This document shows, piece by piece, positions 9,197-19,300 of a stretch of DNA of 64,000 nucleotides. Each line of letters starts with the position of its first letter. Within the stretch, counting starts at the first letter, position 1. Position numbers and translations under genes: made by a program. The DNA comes from Bacteroidaceae bacterium (GTDB lineage: Bacteria > Bacteroidota > Bacteroidia > Bacteroidales > Bacteroidaceae): contig JAZRRI010000036.1 in the NCBI GenBank assembly GCA_045650605.1, positions 18,755 through 82,754 on the forward strand, written 5' to 3'. The notes below the pieces were generated by a model, which was not told the DNA's origin, ran no database searches, and saw nothing but the letters and a program-made list of their open reading frames with translations.

Positions 9197-10909
9197 TTAA
9201 TAGATAATTACTCCTGCATATTGGCGTTTCCCTTTTGCCAGTTCGCGAAAGAACTTTTTTGCCGAAGCTACATATTCTTTGCTTTCGGGATGGTAGCTCT
9301 GATATACCATAAGCATTGAATCCATATCAGCATATGCTACGTCCGGAGTAATGGAAGATGTTGTATGTATATTCATTGACTTCATCTCCTGACGGTTCTC
9401 TACAAGTATTGCAAGGTATGTTCCCCACCTGCGTATCTTGCCCCATTTGTTCCATTGCTTGTCATCTTCTTCCAATGTGCATTTCTCTTTAAACTGTTCA
9501 TAAATCTGTACAATTTGATTATCAAGTTCAAGCAGGCCATATTTATATTTCAAACTCTTTACAACAACCTCTTCCGCCTTAACCTTTTCTTCGCGTAAAG
9601 CAAGTTCGTGTTGCATAGCTTCAAGTTGTGCAAAGTCTTCATGCATCTGCTTTTCAAATTGTGCAAAACCTTCATGCATTCGCTTTTCAAGCCTGTCATT
9701 CTCTTTTTGTAAATCTTCCAGTTCTGCATCGGTCTTTTCAAGAATACTGCTGTATCTTGAGTGAGCGTCATAGGCAAGTTTTGATTCAGTCTTCATCCTG
9801 CTCTCATAATATTCTTTGCTTTCATCAATCTTATAGAATAGGATAGGGAAGTGTAGCCACTCTTCGTTTATTTTGTTGTATAGCTCTCTAGAATATTTGG
9901 GGAAAGCTGACAATTCGCATAGAGTGGAGAGGTAGTATGCGTTTATAGAATGTTCTAAGGCTTCAAAAAGCACAGACACAAATCTGCGATTGGAAGTGTT
10001 TGGCTCAGTTACAGCTGTACGTATTATGTTCAATGTGTTTATATAATCGGTATAATACAATGTCGCAAGTGACGGAGATATGGATATGCTTTCAGCATTT
10101 ATCCCATGTAATGAGAGTAAAAAACTGTGATATGAATTAATATCCATTGGTACTGAATCGACTTGCCAAATCTGTCTTATATTTTGTTCTACCAGATCAA
10201 TACTTGACAACATCTCTTCTTGATAAGATTTGATACGCTCCGGTCTCTGCTCATAATTGAGCATGTTATTGAATGTCTCCCAACTCTGTTTCAGGTAGTC
10301 ATTCTCTGCTGCAATGATATGTACTTGGCTTGCGTCTATTGTAAGGCATGTTGCATATTTCTTGCATACATCGCGAGACAAAACCATGAATACAGCAAAA
10401 ATTATTGCAACCAATGCCAATAGAGAGGAAATTATTATAGATGAAATTTTTATAAGTTTCTTTATTGGCAGGTGACGTTTGCTAAGCAAATATCGTTTTT
10501 GCAGTTTCTCCATTGCCATGTCAAAGTATTCGACAGAACCGGCTGCAACAGCCTGGTAGTTGCACAGCTCTTCCATACCTTGCGGCATTGGATTTGGCCA
10601 TACAAAGCCATTGAGCATTACCGGTATAATGTTTTTTTTGTGACTCATTGCGCACAACACCTCTTTGCGCACCCAGTCTTCTTCATTGCTACACCGTTCG
10701 AGAGCATCAGGGGGTAATACAATAACAAAGTCACGACATCCTTCTATTACATTGAACAATTGTTCATTGAATGGTCCCGAGCGCATAGATTCGAGGTCAA
10801 AGAATACTCTGTATCCGGCCGATTTCAAGCGTGTCGCTATCAGGTTTGCTGTTTCGTAAGAACTGCGGCGGTAGCTTATAAAAATATCATAATTATGTTT
10901 CATCGTCAT
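9197..10909 (-). CDS. TIR domain - TM - helical/coiled-coil protein (C-terminal PDZ truncated by a stop)
   Basis: 570 aa. N-terminal TIR (YDIFISYRRSSYE...RVFFD...DWVRKEV), one TM (ISSIIISSLLALVAIIFAVFMVL) and a long helical C-terminal region with an 11-aa tandem repeat. Confidence 0.85.
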   Translation of the reverse strand: MTMKHNYDIFISYRRSSYETANLIATRLKSAGYRVFFDLESMRSGPFNEQLFNVIEGCRDFVIVLPPDALERCSNEEDWVRKEVLCAMSHKKNIIPVMLNGFVWPNPMPQGMEELCNYQAVAAGSVEYFDMAMEKLQKRYLLSKRHLPIKKLIKISSIIISSLLALVAIIFAVFMVLSRDVCKKYATCLTIDASQVHIIAAENDYLKQSWETFNNMLNYEQRPERIKSYQEEMLSSIDLVEQNIRQIWQVDSVPMDINSYHSFLLSLHGINAESISISPSLATLYYTDYINTLNIIRTAVTEPNTSNRRFVSVLFEALEHSINAYYLSTLCELSAFPKYSRELYNKINEEWLHFPILFYKIDESKEYYESRMKTESKLAYDAHSRYSSILEKTDAELEDLQKENDRLEKRMHEGFAQFEKQMHEDFAQLEAMQHELALREEKVKAEEVVVKSLKYKYGLLELDNQIVQIYEQFKEKCTLEEDDKQWNKWGKIRRWGTYLAILVENRQEMKSMNIHTTSSITPDVAYADMDSMLMVYQSYHPESKEYVASAKKFFRELAKGKRQYAGVIIY

Positions 10910-10948
10910 TTTGCTTTTAATGTATTTAAATAAGTGTTGGAACCGATA

Positions 10949-11674
10949 TTACAATTCCGTCATCTCTATGTTCTCGGTACTATCCCTTAAAATAAGTTCC
11001 TTGATTCTGCTACCTCCATACTTCCACATCTTGTGGCAGAATACCAGAAATACAATTGTTAGAATGCCACTGATGGCAGGTGTTACGTCTGTTGTGAATA
11101 GTATTGAATCATATAGTCCATGAACGATGATAGGTGCAACCAATATAAGAATCTTATTCTTCAATGGTGTCTTGGGATAGAATTTGGCAAGTGAATAATA
11201 GTATCCCATAAGTATGCCGAAACAGAAATGTCCGGGCACGGAGAATATGGCGCGGCTTATACCTACCGACAGATATGATTCTACATTAGAGAATAGATAC
11301 ATAATATTCTCCAATGCAGCGAAACCAAGCGAAATGCATACTGCATATACAATACCGTCCATTTTTTCGTCAAAGAATCTGTTTTTGCGCAGCACCAACC
11401 ATAATAGGAAAAACTTGGCAATCTCCTCGGGTATTGCTGCACCAAAAAAAGAGGTACTTATAGCTCCAAGGATGGATGCCGGTTCCATGGTATATAACCC
11501 AAGAGATTCCAACGGTGTGGATATACAAAGGGAGAGCGGCGCAGCCAACACCCCAACGAAAAATGTCTTGAGCAACTGTCCCACAGGCTCGGGCGAGTTC
11601 TTGTCCTTACGGTAGATGTAGAATCCAAGGATGGCTATCGGAAGGAGAGCTGTTAGGAGAATTGTATAGTCCAT
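10949..11674 (-). CDS. PrsW-family intramembrane glutamic protease
   Basis: 241 aa, polytopic. Motifs AAIPEEIAKFF, FAALENIMY and HGLYD. Confidence 0.8.
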   Translation of the reverse strand: MDYTILLTALLPIAILGFYIYRKDKNSPEPVGQLLKTFFVGVLAAPLSLCISTPLESLGLYTMEPASILGAISTSFFGAAIPEEIAKFFLLWLVLRKNRFFDEKMDGIVYAVCISLGFAALENIMYLFSNVESYLSVGISRAIFSVPGHFCFGILMGYYYSLAKFYPKTPLKNKILILVAPIIVHGLYDSILFTTDVTPAISGILTIVFLVFCHKMWKYGGSRIKELILRDSTENIEMTEL

Positions 11675-11678
11675 AGTT

Positions 11679-13133
11679 CTAATTATTTAAGAATTCTCTT
11701 TCGTAAATATCTTTAACTTTATTTATGGTTTCATCCGATAATCCAAATGAAGAATTCAATATATCCTCATATTCTAATGTAAAAAAACATTCTTTTCCAC
11801 TTATGCTCCCTCTGTAATTAAATATAATACCATATTGGTCGTTTTGCAATATTTTTTTATAATCTCCCGTAATACTTTTTAATGATTCTTCTTTTAGTAG
11901 ATTTAACAATGATGCAAATTCTTCAAAAGATACATGATTTTCATCTATGATATAATTATATTTCAAATATGGAGTGTCCTTTTTAATGTTAATTAGAGTT
12001 CGTGATTCATCTACCTTAATAGGGCACTTCATATTTATAATTTCTATAACATTATCAATATTTATCTCCAACATGTTGTCAGAAACATTATGGTTATATG
12101 GCTCTACATTATTTGTCTCGTTAATACTTTCACGTATATTTATTGCAATAGCAACAATAGCAAGAAGGATAATAGGGGCATATATGATTCCCATGATTAT
12201 CAAAAAAAAATTTCTTCGTTTCTTTAGTTTCTTTTTTTTCTTTAATTCCTCCGATTCTATACCTAAAGCTAATGAATAACCTTCTATATTATTTGGATAA
12301 GACTTCACATCAAAATCCTCTTTTAGATAGCTCATTACATAAATATCCTTATCCGATTTTTGATCAGCAGGAACTTTAGGGAATGATATTTTGTGGGTAA
12401 ATTGTTGTCGCACATTCTCATATTTCTGAATATCATCAATAATATAGACCGTCTTTGCCAACATTTTAAACGATTGTTCTATTTCCCAAATACAACTTTT
12501 CCTATCATTGACAAGAATGTATATAGTTTGAGACTTCTCCATCAATTCCAACACATCATTTTGCCAACTATCATCATTAAGATATACTCTTGTAGCGCCT
12601 CTTGGACTATTAACTTCTTTGGTCATTCCAACAGCACATATCGGGATGTTCTGCATTACAAGTGATGTGAATTCGTATTCAGAGAAACTGTCATAAGTTT
12701 TTTCAGAAACCACAGGGTCATGACCATAATCATCTTGTTCAAATCCTCTGAGGAACAAACAATATCTATTATTCTGTTCTAAGAAATCATGTTTAGTAGC
12801 TGTGGATATATTACCAACAGCTTTAATCGCAGCATTTTGTTTTCTCAAATAAATATACATTGCAACTCCTGTTAATCCTATATTGCGGATTAAATTCCCA
12901 ACATTTTGGGGATCTTCAAAATTTGTGATTACAATGGTTGTTACAACTTCAAAAATAGCATATAGAATTAACATTAAAATCAGCATTATAATTCTATTGC
13001 GCTTAAGTTTTTTTCGTATCTCTATTGCGATATTCGCATCTGTCGTTTCATTTAATAATTGAATATCATTCTTTTCCATAAGTTTAATGACAAATGGATA
13101 CAAAACAGCTACTATCAGGGCTACTATTATCAT
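11679..13133 (-). CDS. membrane protein with cytoplasmic TIR-like LRGF domain and C-terminal periplasmic domain (paralogue P1)
   Basis: 484 aa and very AT-rich. N-terminal TMs, then CLFLRGFEQDD...RVYLNDDSW...IYILVNDRKSCIWEIEQ, then a KKKKKLKKRRN-flanked TM and a ~150-aa C-terminal domain. Confidence 0.6.
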   Translation of the reverse strand: MIIVALIVAVLYPFVIKLMEKNDIQLLNETTDANIAIEIRKKLKRNRIIMLILMLILYAIFEVVTTIVITNFEDPQNVGNLIRNIGLTGVAMYIYLRKQNAAIKAVGNISTATKHDFLEQNNRYCLFLRGFEQDDYGHDPVVSEKTYDSFSEYEFTSLVMQNIPICAVGMTKEVNSPRGATRVYLNDDSWQNDVLELMEKSQTIYILVNDRKSCIWEIEQSFKMLAKTVYIIDDIQKYENVRQQFTHKISFPKVPADQKSDKDIYVMSYLKEDFDVKSYPNNIEGYSLALGIESEELKKKKKLKKRRNFFLIIMGIIYAPIILLAIVAIAINIRESINETNNVEPYNHNVSDNMLEINIDNVIEIINMKCPIKVDESRTLINIKKDTPYLKYNYIIDENHVSFEEFASLLNLLKEESLKSITGDYKKILQNDQYGIIFNYRGSISGKECFFTLEYEDILNSSFGLSDETINKVKDIYEREFLNN

Positions 13134-13172
13134 TGGTAAAATATTTAATTTGAATGTAATTCTATATTACTT

Positions 13173-13180
13173 CAAAATTA
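13173..13180 (-). promoter_or_regulatory. candidate -7 box (TAATTTTG) for the P1-PrsW-TIR block
   Basis: Minus-strand TAnnTTTG match 40 nt upstream of the ATG at 13133. Confidence 0.4.
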
Positions 13181-13521
13181 TAAACTTCTTTCATATCATT
13201 TGGCAGGTCAGCACAGCACGAGGTTCAATGCTGATAGGGCATATTCTTAATGTTACATCTCTTTGACTGAGTTGCGGATATGCTCTGAGCAACGCTCGAT
13301 CTTTTTCTTTGGCAACATAATCACTTGCCGCAGCATTTTTGTACTCAAAGCGTCATCCTCACGCACTGGCTTCCAAAATGCAGGGCTTAAGATAAAGTAC
13401 ATTGCCATCAAGAAGCGCAATCTGCATTAGCGTTCGCTGTGCATACCAATCATTTGGTTCTGCTTTCTTTGCATCTAATGCCACTTTTCTAAGTTTATCT
13501 TCCATGTTTTAATTAATAAAT

Positions 13522-15105
13522 TCATGATTTATCGCTGATTAGAAATCCATATACCGCATTTTTCAAACCAATTTCAGTATTAGAGTATGCCTTTACGATA
13601 GTTTGTCCGCCTTTTTGGTACACCATCATGTGATTATGAACTATTTCTTCCGATTTTAGGCAAGTAGGCAATTCTTCGCCCATTTTCTCTTTAACGATAT
13701 TTAGATTAGTGATATCATCAACATAATAAATTGTTTTATCCGAGAAAACGGTATTACATTGTCTTATTTCCCAAATGCAGTTGTCATTAGGATGAACTGA
13801 AACAAGAATGTATTTTGCCAATTCCATCAAAGTTCTTGCATCGCTCATCCAACTGTCATTATCCAAATATATGCGTTTAGTTCCTTCAGGACTTTCAAGT
13901 TCTTCAGGCAGTCCGACGCTATATGTTTGATAATATCGTTTCCACGCTTTTGCCAAACTCTTTTCGTTTAGAGTAAGCTGATTAGGATTTATCTCTTTTT
14001 CATAAGAATCAAAGTTTGTATTCCCTGGTTTAGCATTTGACACGGTATCTGCTATTTTCTCCATACTAGGAGTATAGTTATCCGTTATGAATCCCCTCAG
14101 ATATAGAATGAAGTTTCTCTCCTTACTCATGAACTTCTTCATGGTCATAAAATTCATTGGTAGAGACAGAGTAGAAAGCAAGTTCAGCAATAGTCCACCG
14201 CCGCTACACAAAATGGGAATGGTCATATATTTACTAACCTGATTTCCATGAACAAGAAGAATTGCCAATAATATGATTCCAATAATGGTGATAACAATGC
14301 GTAAGACAAATCTGACAACAGAATAGCCAATTCGTATATTTACAGATTTCTTTGCGGTATTTGTACGTGACATATTCTTGGCGAATAACACTTTCACACC
14401 AAATATTGCTGCTAGTGACAACACAAGGTAAAGCATAAAAAAACCAAGGCTCTTCAACATTTTTACCATGGGAGTTGACTCCTTTGTATCTTTGTACTTG
14501 GTGACAGATGTAATGTCGTTTACTTCTGAGTCATACGTCTCGAACGAATTATCCAAATCATTTACATCAGTTTCCTCATCCAAATCAAACAACTGCTCTA
14601 TGGTCATCGTTGATCTATGGAATTCCAAATCTATGGCATTGCTTTCATCGCCAAGAATAAACGAAATAGTGTCAGGGCTGTCATGTGTGACATAAATCAT
14701 CCTCACATCTTCGAAGTTGGCAAACATTGGCTTTACCGTATTCTCTATCTGCTTGATAATCTGCCCTTCTGAAACAGAAGTATTTTTTTCGTATGTAACG
14801 AACTTCAAGAGGCTAACCTTTAGTGACCTTTGGTTCAAACTGACAAAAAACAACGGACCAATTTTGTCATATTTTCCATCCATAGAGACATTCCAAACGC
14901 ATCTACCTACGCCAGCAATCTGGTTGTCTGTAACGAAACTCATAGACATGACGGAGTCGTTCTTGAAGTAATACTCTATTATGGCTTTTTCTGTTCCCTC
15001 TACCATCTGGTCCGTTTGCCATATACCAAACCAATCTGATTGGGCATGAAGATTAATGCTCATAAAAAAGGAAAGAGAAAAAAGAATTAAGAAAAACTTT
15101 TTCAT
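13522..15105 (-). CDS. membrane protein with N-terminal periplasmic domain and C-terminal TIR-like LRGF domain (paralogue P2)
   Basis: 527 aa. Signal peptide MKKFFLILFSLSFFMSINLHAQ, three TMs, then ILYLRGFITDN...RIYLDNDSW...YILVSVHPNDNCIWEIRQ. Confidence 0.6.
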   Translation of the reverse strand: MKKFFLILFSLSFFMSINLHAQSDWFGIWQTDQMVEGTEKAIIEYYFKNDSVMSMSFVTDNQIAGVGRCVWNVSMDGKYDKIGPLFFVSLNQRSLKVSLLKFVTYEKNTSVSEGQIIKQIENTVKPMFANFEDVRMIYVTHDSPDTISFILGDESNAIDLEFHRSTMTIEQLFDLDEETDVNDLDNSFETYDSEVNDITSVTKYKDTKESTPMVKMLKSLGFFMLYLVLSLAAIFGVKVLFAKNMSRTNTAKKSVNIRIGYSVVRFVLRIVITIIGIILLAILLVHGNQVSKYMTIPILCSGGGLLLNLLSTLSLPMNFMTMKKFMSKERNFILYLRGFITDNYTPSMEKIADTVSNAKPGNTNFDSYEKEINPNQLTLNEKSLAKAWKRYYQTYSVGLPEELESPEGTKRIYLDNDSWMSDARTLMELAKYILVSVHPNDNCIWEIRQCNTVFSDKTIYYVDDITNLNIVKEKMGEELPTCLKSEEIVHNHMMVYQKGGQTIVKAYSNTEIGLKNAVYGFLISDKS

Positions 15106-15116
15106 ATGAACTTTTT

Positions 15117-16332
15117 TTATTAGTGATGCGTTAACTTTGCATCATTCTATTTTAAGTTGTTAATATATAATTATTTATATTCGTTCTTTGATTTTTTGAT
15201 TTGAATTGAGTTTATAATTTTGCCGGATAAACACTGCGAAATTATGAATAAAGGCAAGTTTGTATTCTCTCAAGTCATTGATTTCCTCCCTCGTTATGAG
15301 TTTGACAAGATTGTCAAGGTATACAATGGAGATTACCGATATAGACATTTGACAAGTTACAATCATTTGCTTCATTTGATATTCGGTCAACTTACGGGAT
15401 GTTATTCTCTTCGCGACATTTGTTTATGTCTAAAAGCTCACGAAAAATGGCTCTATCATCTTGGCTTTCGTCAAACAGTGAACGAATCGTCATTATCCAG
15501 AGCAGGAGAGAACCGCGATTATCGCATATTTGAAGAATTGGGTTCTGTACTAATTCAAATGGCTAGACCTTTATACTTCAAAGAAAAGATTCCCGATGTA
15601 TGGTTGCCCGAACAAGAAATTTTCGCTTTGGATTCAATAACTATATCTTGCAGTATAAAGCTGATGTCTTGGGCTCTTGGGAAGTATGAACGAGGAGCTG
15701 TGAAAATGCATACGCTTTTAGATTTGCGTGGCAACATTCATTTCAAAGCATTACACCGTATTCATACTAACAATGCCTATTTCATTACCAGAGCTAAGAA
15801 GAATATGAAGTACGAGGTTGTTGAAACCAACTACAATATATATGAGGAACAGGATTAAGAGGAGATTTTATTATAAACCTTACGGGGTATAACCCCCAAA
15901 AACTCTATCCTGAATCTTTTAGGCTTGTCAAATATTATGACTCCGATAATGAAGAATAATTAGAATTTATCACCAATTATCTTGATTTTGATGCCTTGGG
16001 CATCGCAAATCTTTATAGGAATAGGTGGCAAATAGAAACCTTCTTCAAATGGATTAAGGGCAACCTTGCTATTAAGACGCTTTGGGGGCACTCTGAAAAT
16101 GCAGTGAAGATACACCTGTGGGTTGCGATTTGCACATACCTTTGGTTGCTATCATCAAAGCAAAATGCAACAGTCAATACTCTATTACAGAAGTTGAAAT
16201 GTTACTCAGAGTATCCGCCTTAGAGCGAATCAATATAAGAGAATTGCTTACAAAGGCCATTGAAAAATTACTCAATCAAAACCAAAATGTCAAAGAACTA
16301 AATTTATTTGAATTTTTACGCATCAGTAATAA
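15117..16332 (+). mobile_element. decayed IS4-family insertion sequence with terminal inverted repeats
   Basis: IRs ttattagtgatgcgttaa (15117-15134) and ttacgcatcagtaataa (16316-16332) match at 15/17 positions. They enclose broken transposase ORFs. The element fills the gap between the P2 start (15105) and the STAND gene stop (16348). Confidence 0.7.
15244..16223 (+). pseudogene. IS4-family (DUF4372 + DDE) transposase, frameshifted and internally deleted
   Basis: N-terminus MNKGKFVFSQVIDFLPRYEFDKIV...HLTSYNHLL and C-terminus NLYRNRWQIETFFKWIKGNL are in different frames. The central catalytic segment after LLDLRGNI looks deleted. Confidence 0.75.
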
Positions 16333-16347
16333 TGTTTCATCATAGTT

Positions 16348-19300
16348 TTAATTTACACATGCATCTTTATTTGTGTATAACTGATGATATTTTTTATATA
16401 AAGAATATTCCTGTTCGTTTATAAATCGTTGATAAATTGTCCAATAATCTAATTCATTGGGTATTAGTTCTATGACTCTCATTGTTGTGAGATTTAAGCA
16501 TAACAATATATCAAACCCATTAAAACTGTCATAATTTAATTTTTCTCCACCTAATATTACGCCATGCCATATTCGTCCTTTATCTAAACATTCAATAAAA
16601 ACGGCTTTATTTTTCAGTTCTCCACAATATATTTCAGGTAATAAATAATTAGCAGAGACATTTGTATCACCATTTTCATCACAAATAGAAGGCTCCCAAT
16701 CATTTTTTGTAATTGTATAGTATCTAAACCCAGGTAAAGGGAATTTATATCTTGATAAATAAGCAACACCATTCCCATTAGGTTCATTTGTTTTTGCATT
16801 TATAAAATAGTATGCTTTTAGTGGACCCAGCCATTGTTCTATTGTATTTCCATATATGTCTACTCGGTTTTCAGTGGTGGTTTTTAGTATTGTATCTGAA
16901 TTATATTCTCTTTCTACAACATAATTTCTATTTGGGAAATGTTCTGTTACTTTAATTTTATGTAACTTATCTTTATTATAGTAAATCACACTATCCGTTT
17001 CTTGAAAGTATATGGAATCTTTATCAAGTCCATTATCAGCATAAACATATTCTATCCTATGCCATCTATTATAATCATCTTCATATTCATATTCATATGG
17101 TGTTTCGCCATCTAATTCATAATAGACATCTTCAATAACTCTGTTTTTGTTATCATATGTCATTTTATTAATGTATTCGTTATATATTCTCCCTCTAAAT
17201 TTTCTAGTTTCTATATTGTCCACTTTTTCGTAATTAAAAATGCCTATGGTATCTACCCCCTCGGTTTTTATTTCATCCTGAAAAACACATTCATTTTTTT
17301 TATTATATCTACTATTTCGTATTGTGGTTTTTCCATTTGCATTCTCTGAATAGTACAATATATTACCATTAGTGTCAAATCTTACTTCTATTAAATTTGT
17401 TAGCTCGTCTTTAACATTGTAATATCGATATTCTAAAGAATTTTTTGCATCATCATATAGTGTTCTGCGTATATGGAAATTGATAGAATCTGGGCAAACA
17501 GGTCCATCCTCATTCCAAAGCGACACCATTATTTCACGACCATTATTGTCGTATTCATACATTGCACGAGAATATCCATCTTTAACTGCTTTTTCTCGTC
17601 CAAATTCATCAACAGACAAAGTCTCTACTATACGATAACCATCATATTTGCAAATCTGCCCACAGTTTCCTGCATGGTCAATCATTCTTTTACCATACAT
17701 GTTCAACGAAGACGTAGAAATGCATTGGCCAAAATCGTCATACTCATAATAAGTTTGATATGCTCCATGGGCATTGGTAGATGGGTTACCATCCAAATCA
17801 AAATATTCAACGAGCATATCACGTCCATTATTATCATACGTAATTCTAATAAATCTGTAACCTGCTTTTAGAAGTTCTATGGGCAGACCTTGTCCATCGA
17901 CATAACTTCCTATAATACATTTACCCTTGAAACTTTGATTTTGTAGCTCTTTTCGAGCTCTCATATCTTGTGTGTTTTTTGAATTTTGTTCATCTTGTGA
18001 GGTCGTTTGAGGTGCATTGTAATTGAACGCATATATCAAGTTGTCATACTTGTCATAAGCTCGTTCTTGTATAACTGAATCCTTATAAACAGGGTCTTTG
18101 ATAAACTTCCACTTACAAACCATTTGCAGTTTACCTTTAATATCATCTGCCAATATACTATCCTCCATTTGTCCAGTAACAATATAAGGAGAGATGTTGT
18201 GACTTGTTGATAGATTGTTAAATCTATCTCTACATTCCATTGAGGTGTATGTTTTAGTAATGAGACCTTTTTTCTTTAGAACAAAATGGTATGGTCGGAA
18301 TGATGCACTTTTTTTACTTAAAGATTCTATACCTACAAAACGTCCCCATTGTTTTGTAATGCTTGCATATCTTTTAGAAATAGGAATGAGATATCCTATC
18401 ACATAGAATATTATACACATTAAAAGAATGATTATTCCTAGTAGAGTAATACTTCTTTGTCTTCGTAAATCTTTTAATTTTTTATTATGATTTTTCTTCT
18501 CGGCAGCTATTCTTCTTTCCTCCTTATTTTTTTCTACAACTGGGCATAATATGTCATGTACATATTCTATGCGAAGATCGCCGGCGTAATTAAATTGCCT
18601 GAGAATTTTTTTCTTATTACAGAGAATATCTAATTCCAGCTCCGAAATATTGCCATCATTTATGGCATCATATACCGTAATATTATCTCTACGCCCTTGA
18701 CCGTTCAGGAGCATATCTTCCAAATACTCAATTGTAGAATCAGAAATGTCTGATAAGGCATCATTATAGAAGTCTGATATAATTTCTCCGCCTTTCTGTT
18801 CTACAAGTTCTTTTGTAATGGTCTTTCCTTCTTTGGTTTCGTAAAGGCGGTTGAGATAAAGAGATAGTACCGCAGAGTCTACCTCTATTTCGGGTACTCC
18901 ATCAATTTTAAAATCCTTCTTTCCTGTAATTTTTTCTATAATTAGTTTGGCGACTGATTCATCGATAAGTTCCGGTACTGGGCGTAATATAATTTGAGCC
19001 GCCTGTTCCTCATTGATAGGGCGTAAACCGTATCTATTCTGTTTTAGTGATGGTATTGCGGCAGAATAGTATTCAAACTCCGAAAGAAAATCCTCTCTTA
19101 TTGTAAAAACGAAATGGATATCATTATCTGTTACATATTCGGGCAAACTATTCTCAACACCCAAATTTAAATCATCAAATATATTCTCAAGATCACTCTC
19201 TTCTCCTACTATTATCTCTTCTTGGGTATCTGATGAGATTTCAACTTTTTGTTGAAGTTCATCAGGCATAATATCATTAAGCAAATCTGCTAAATGAGTA

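Noticed and set aside
8910-9200. 96-aa plus-strand ORF between the RyR and TIR genes.
   Set aside because: It is antisense to the in-frame PDZ-encoding continuation of the TIR gene. The sequence is hydrophobic and low in complexity with no motifs.
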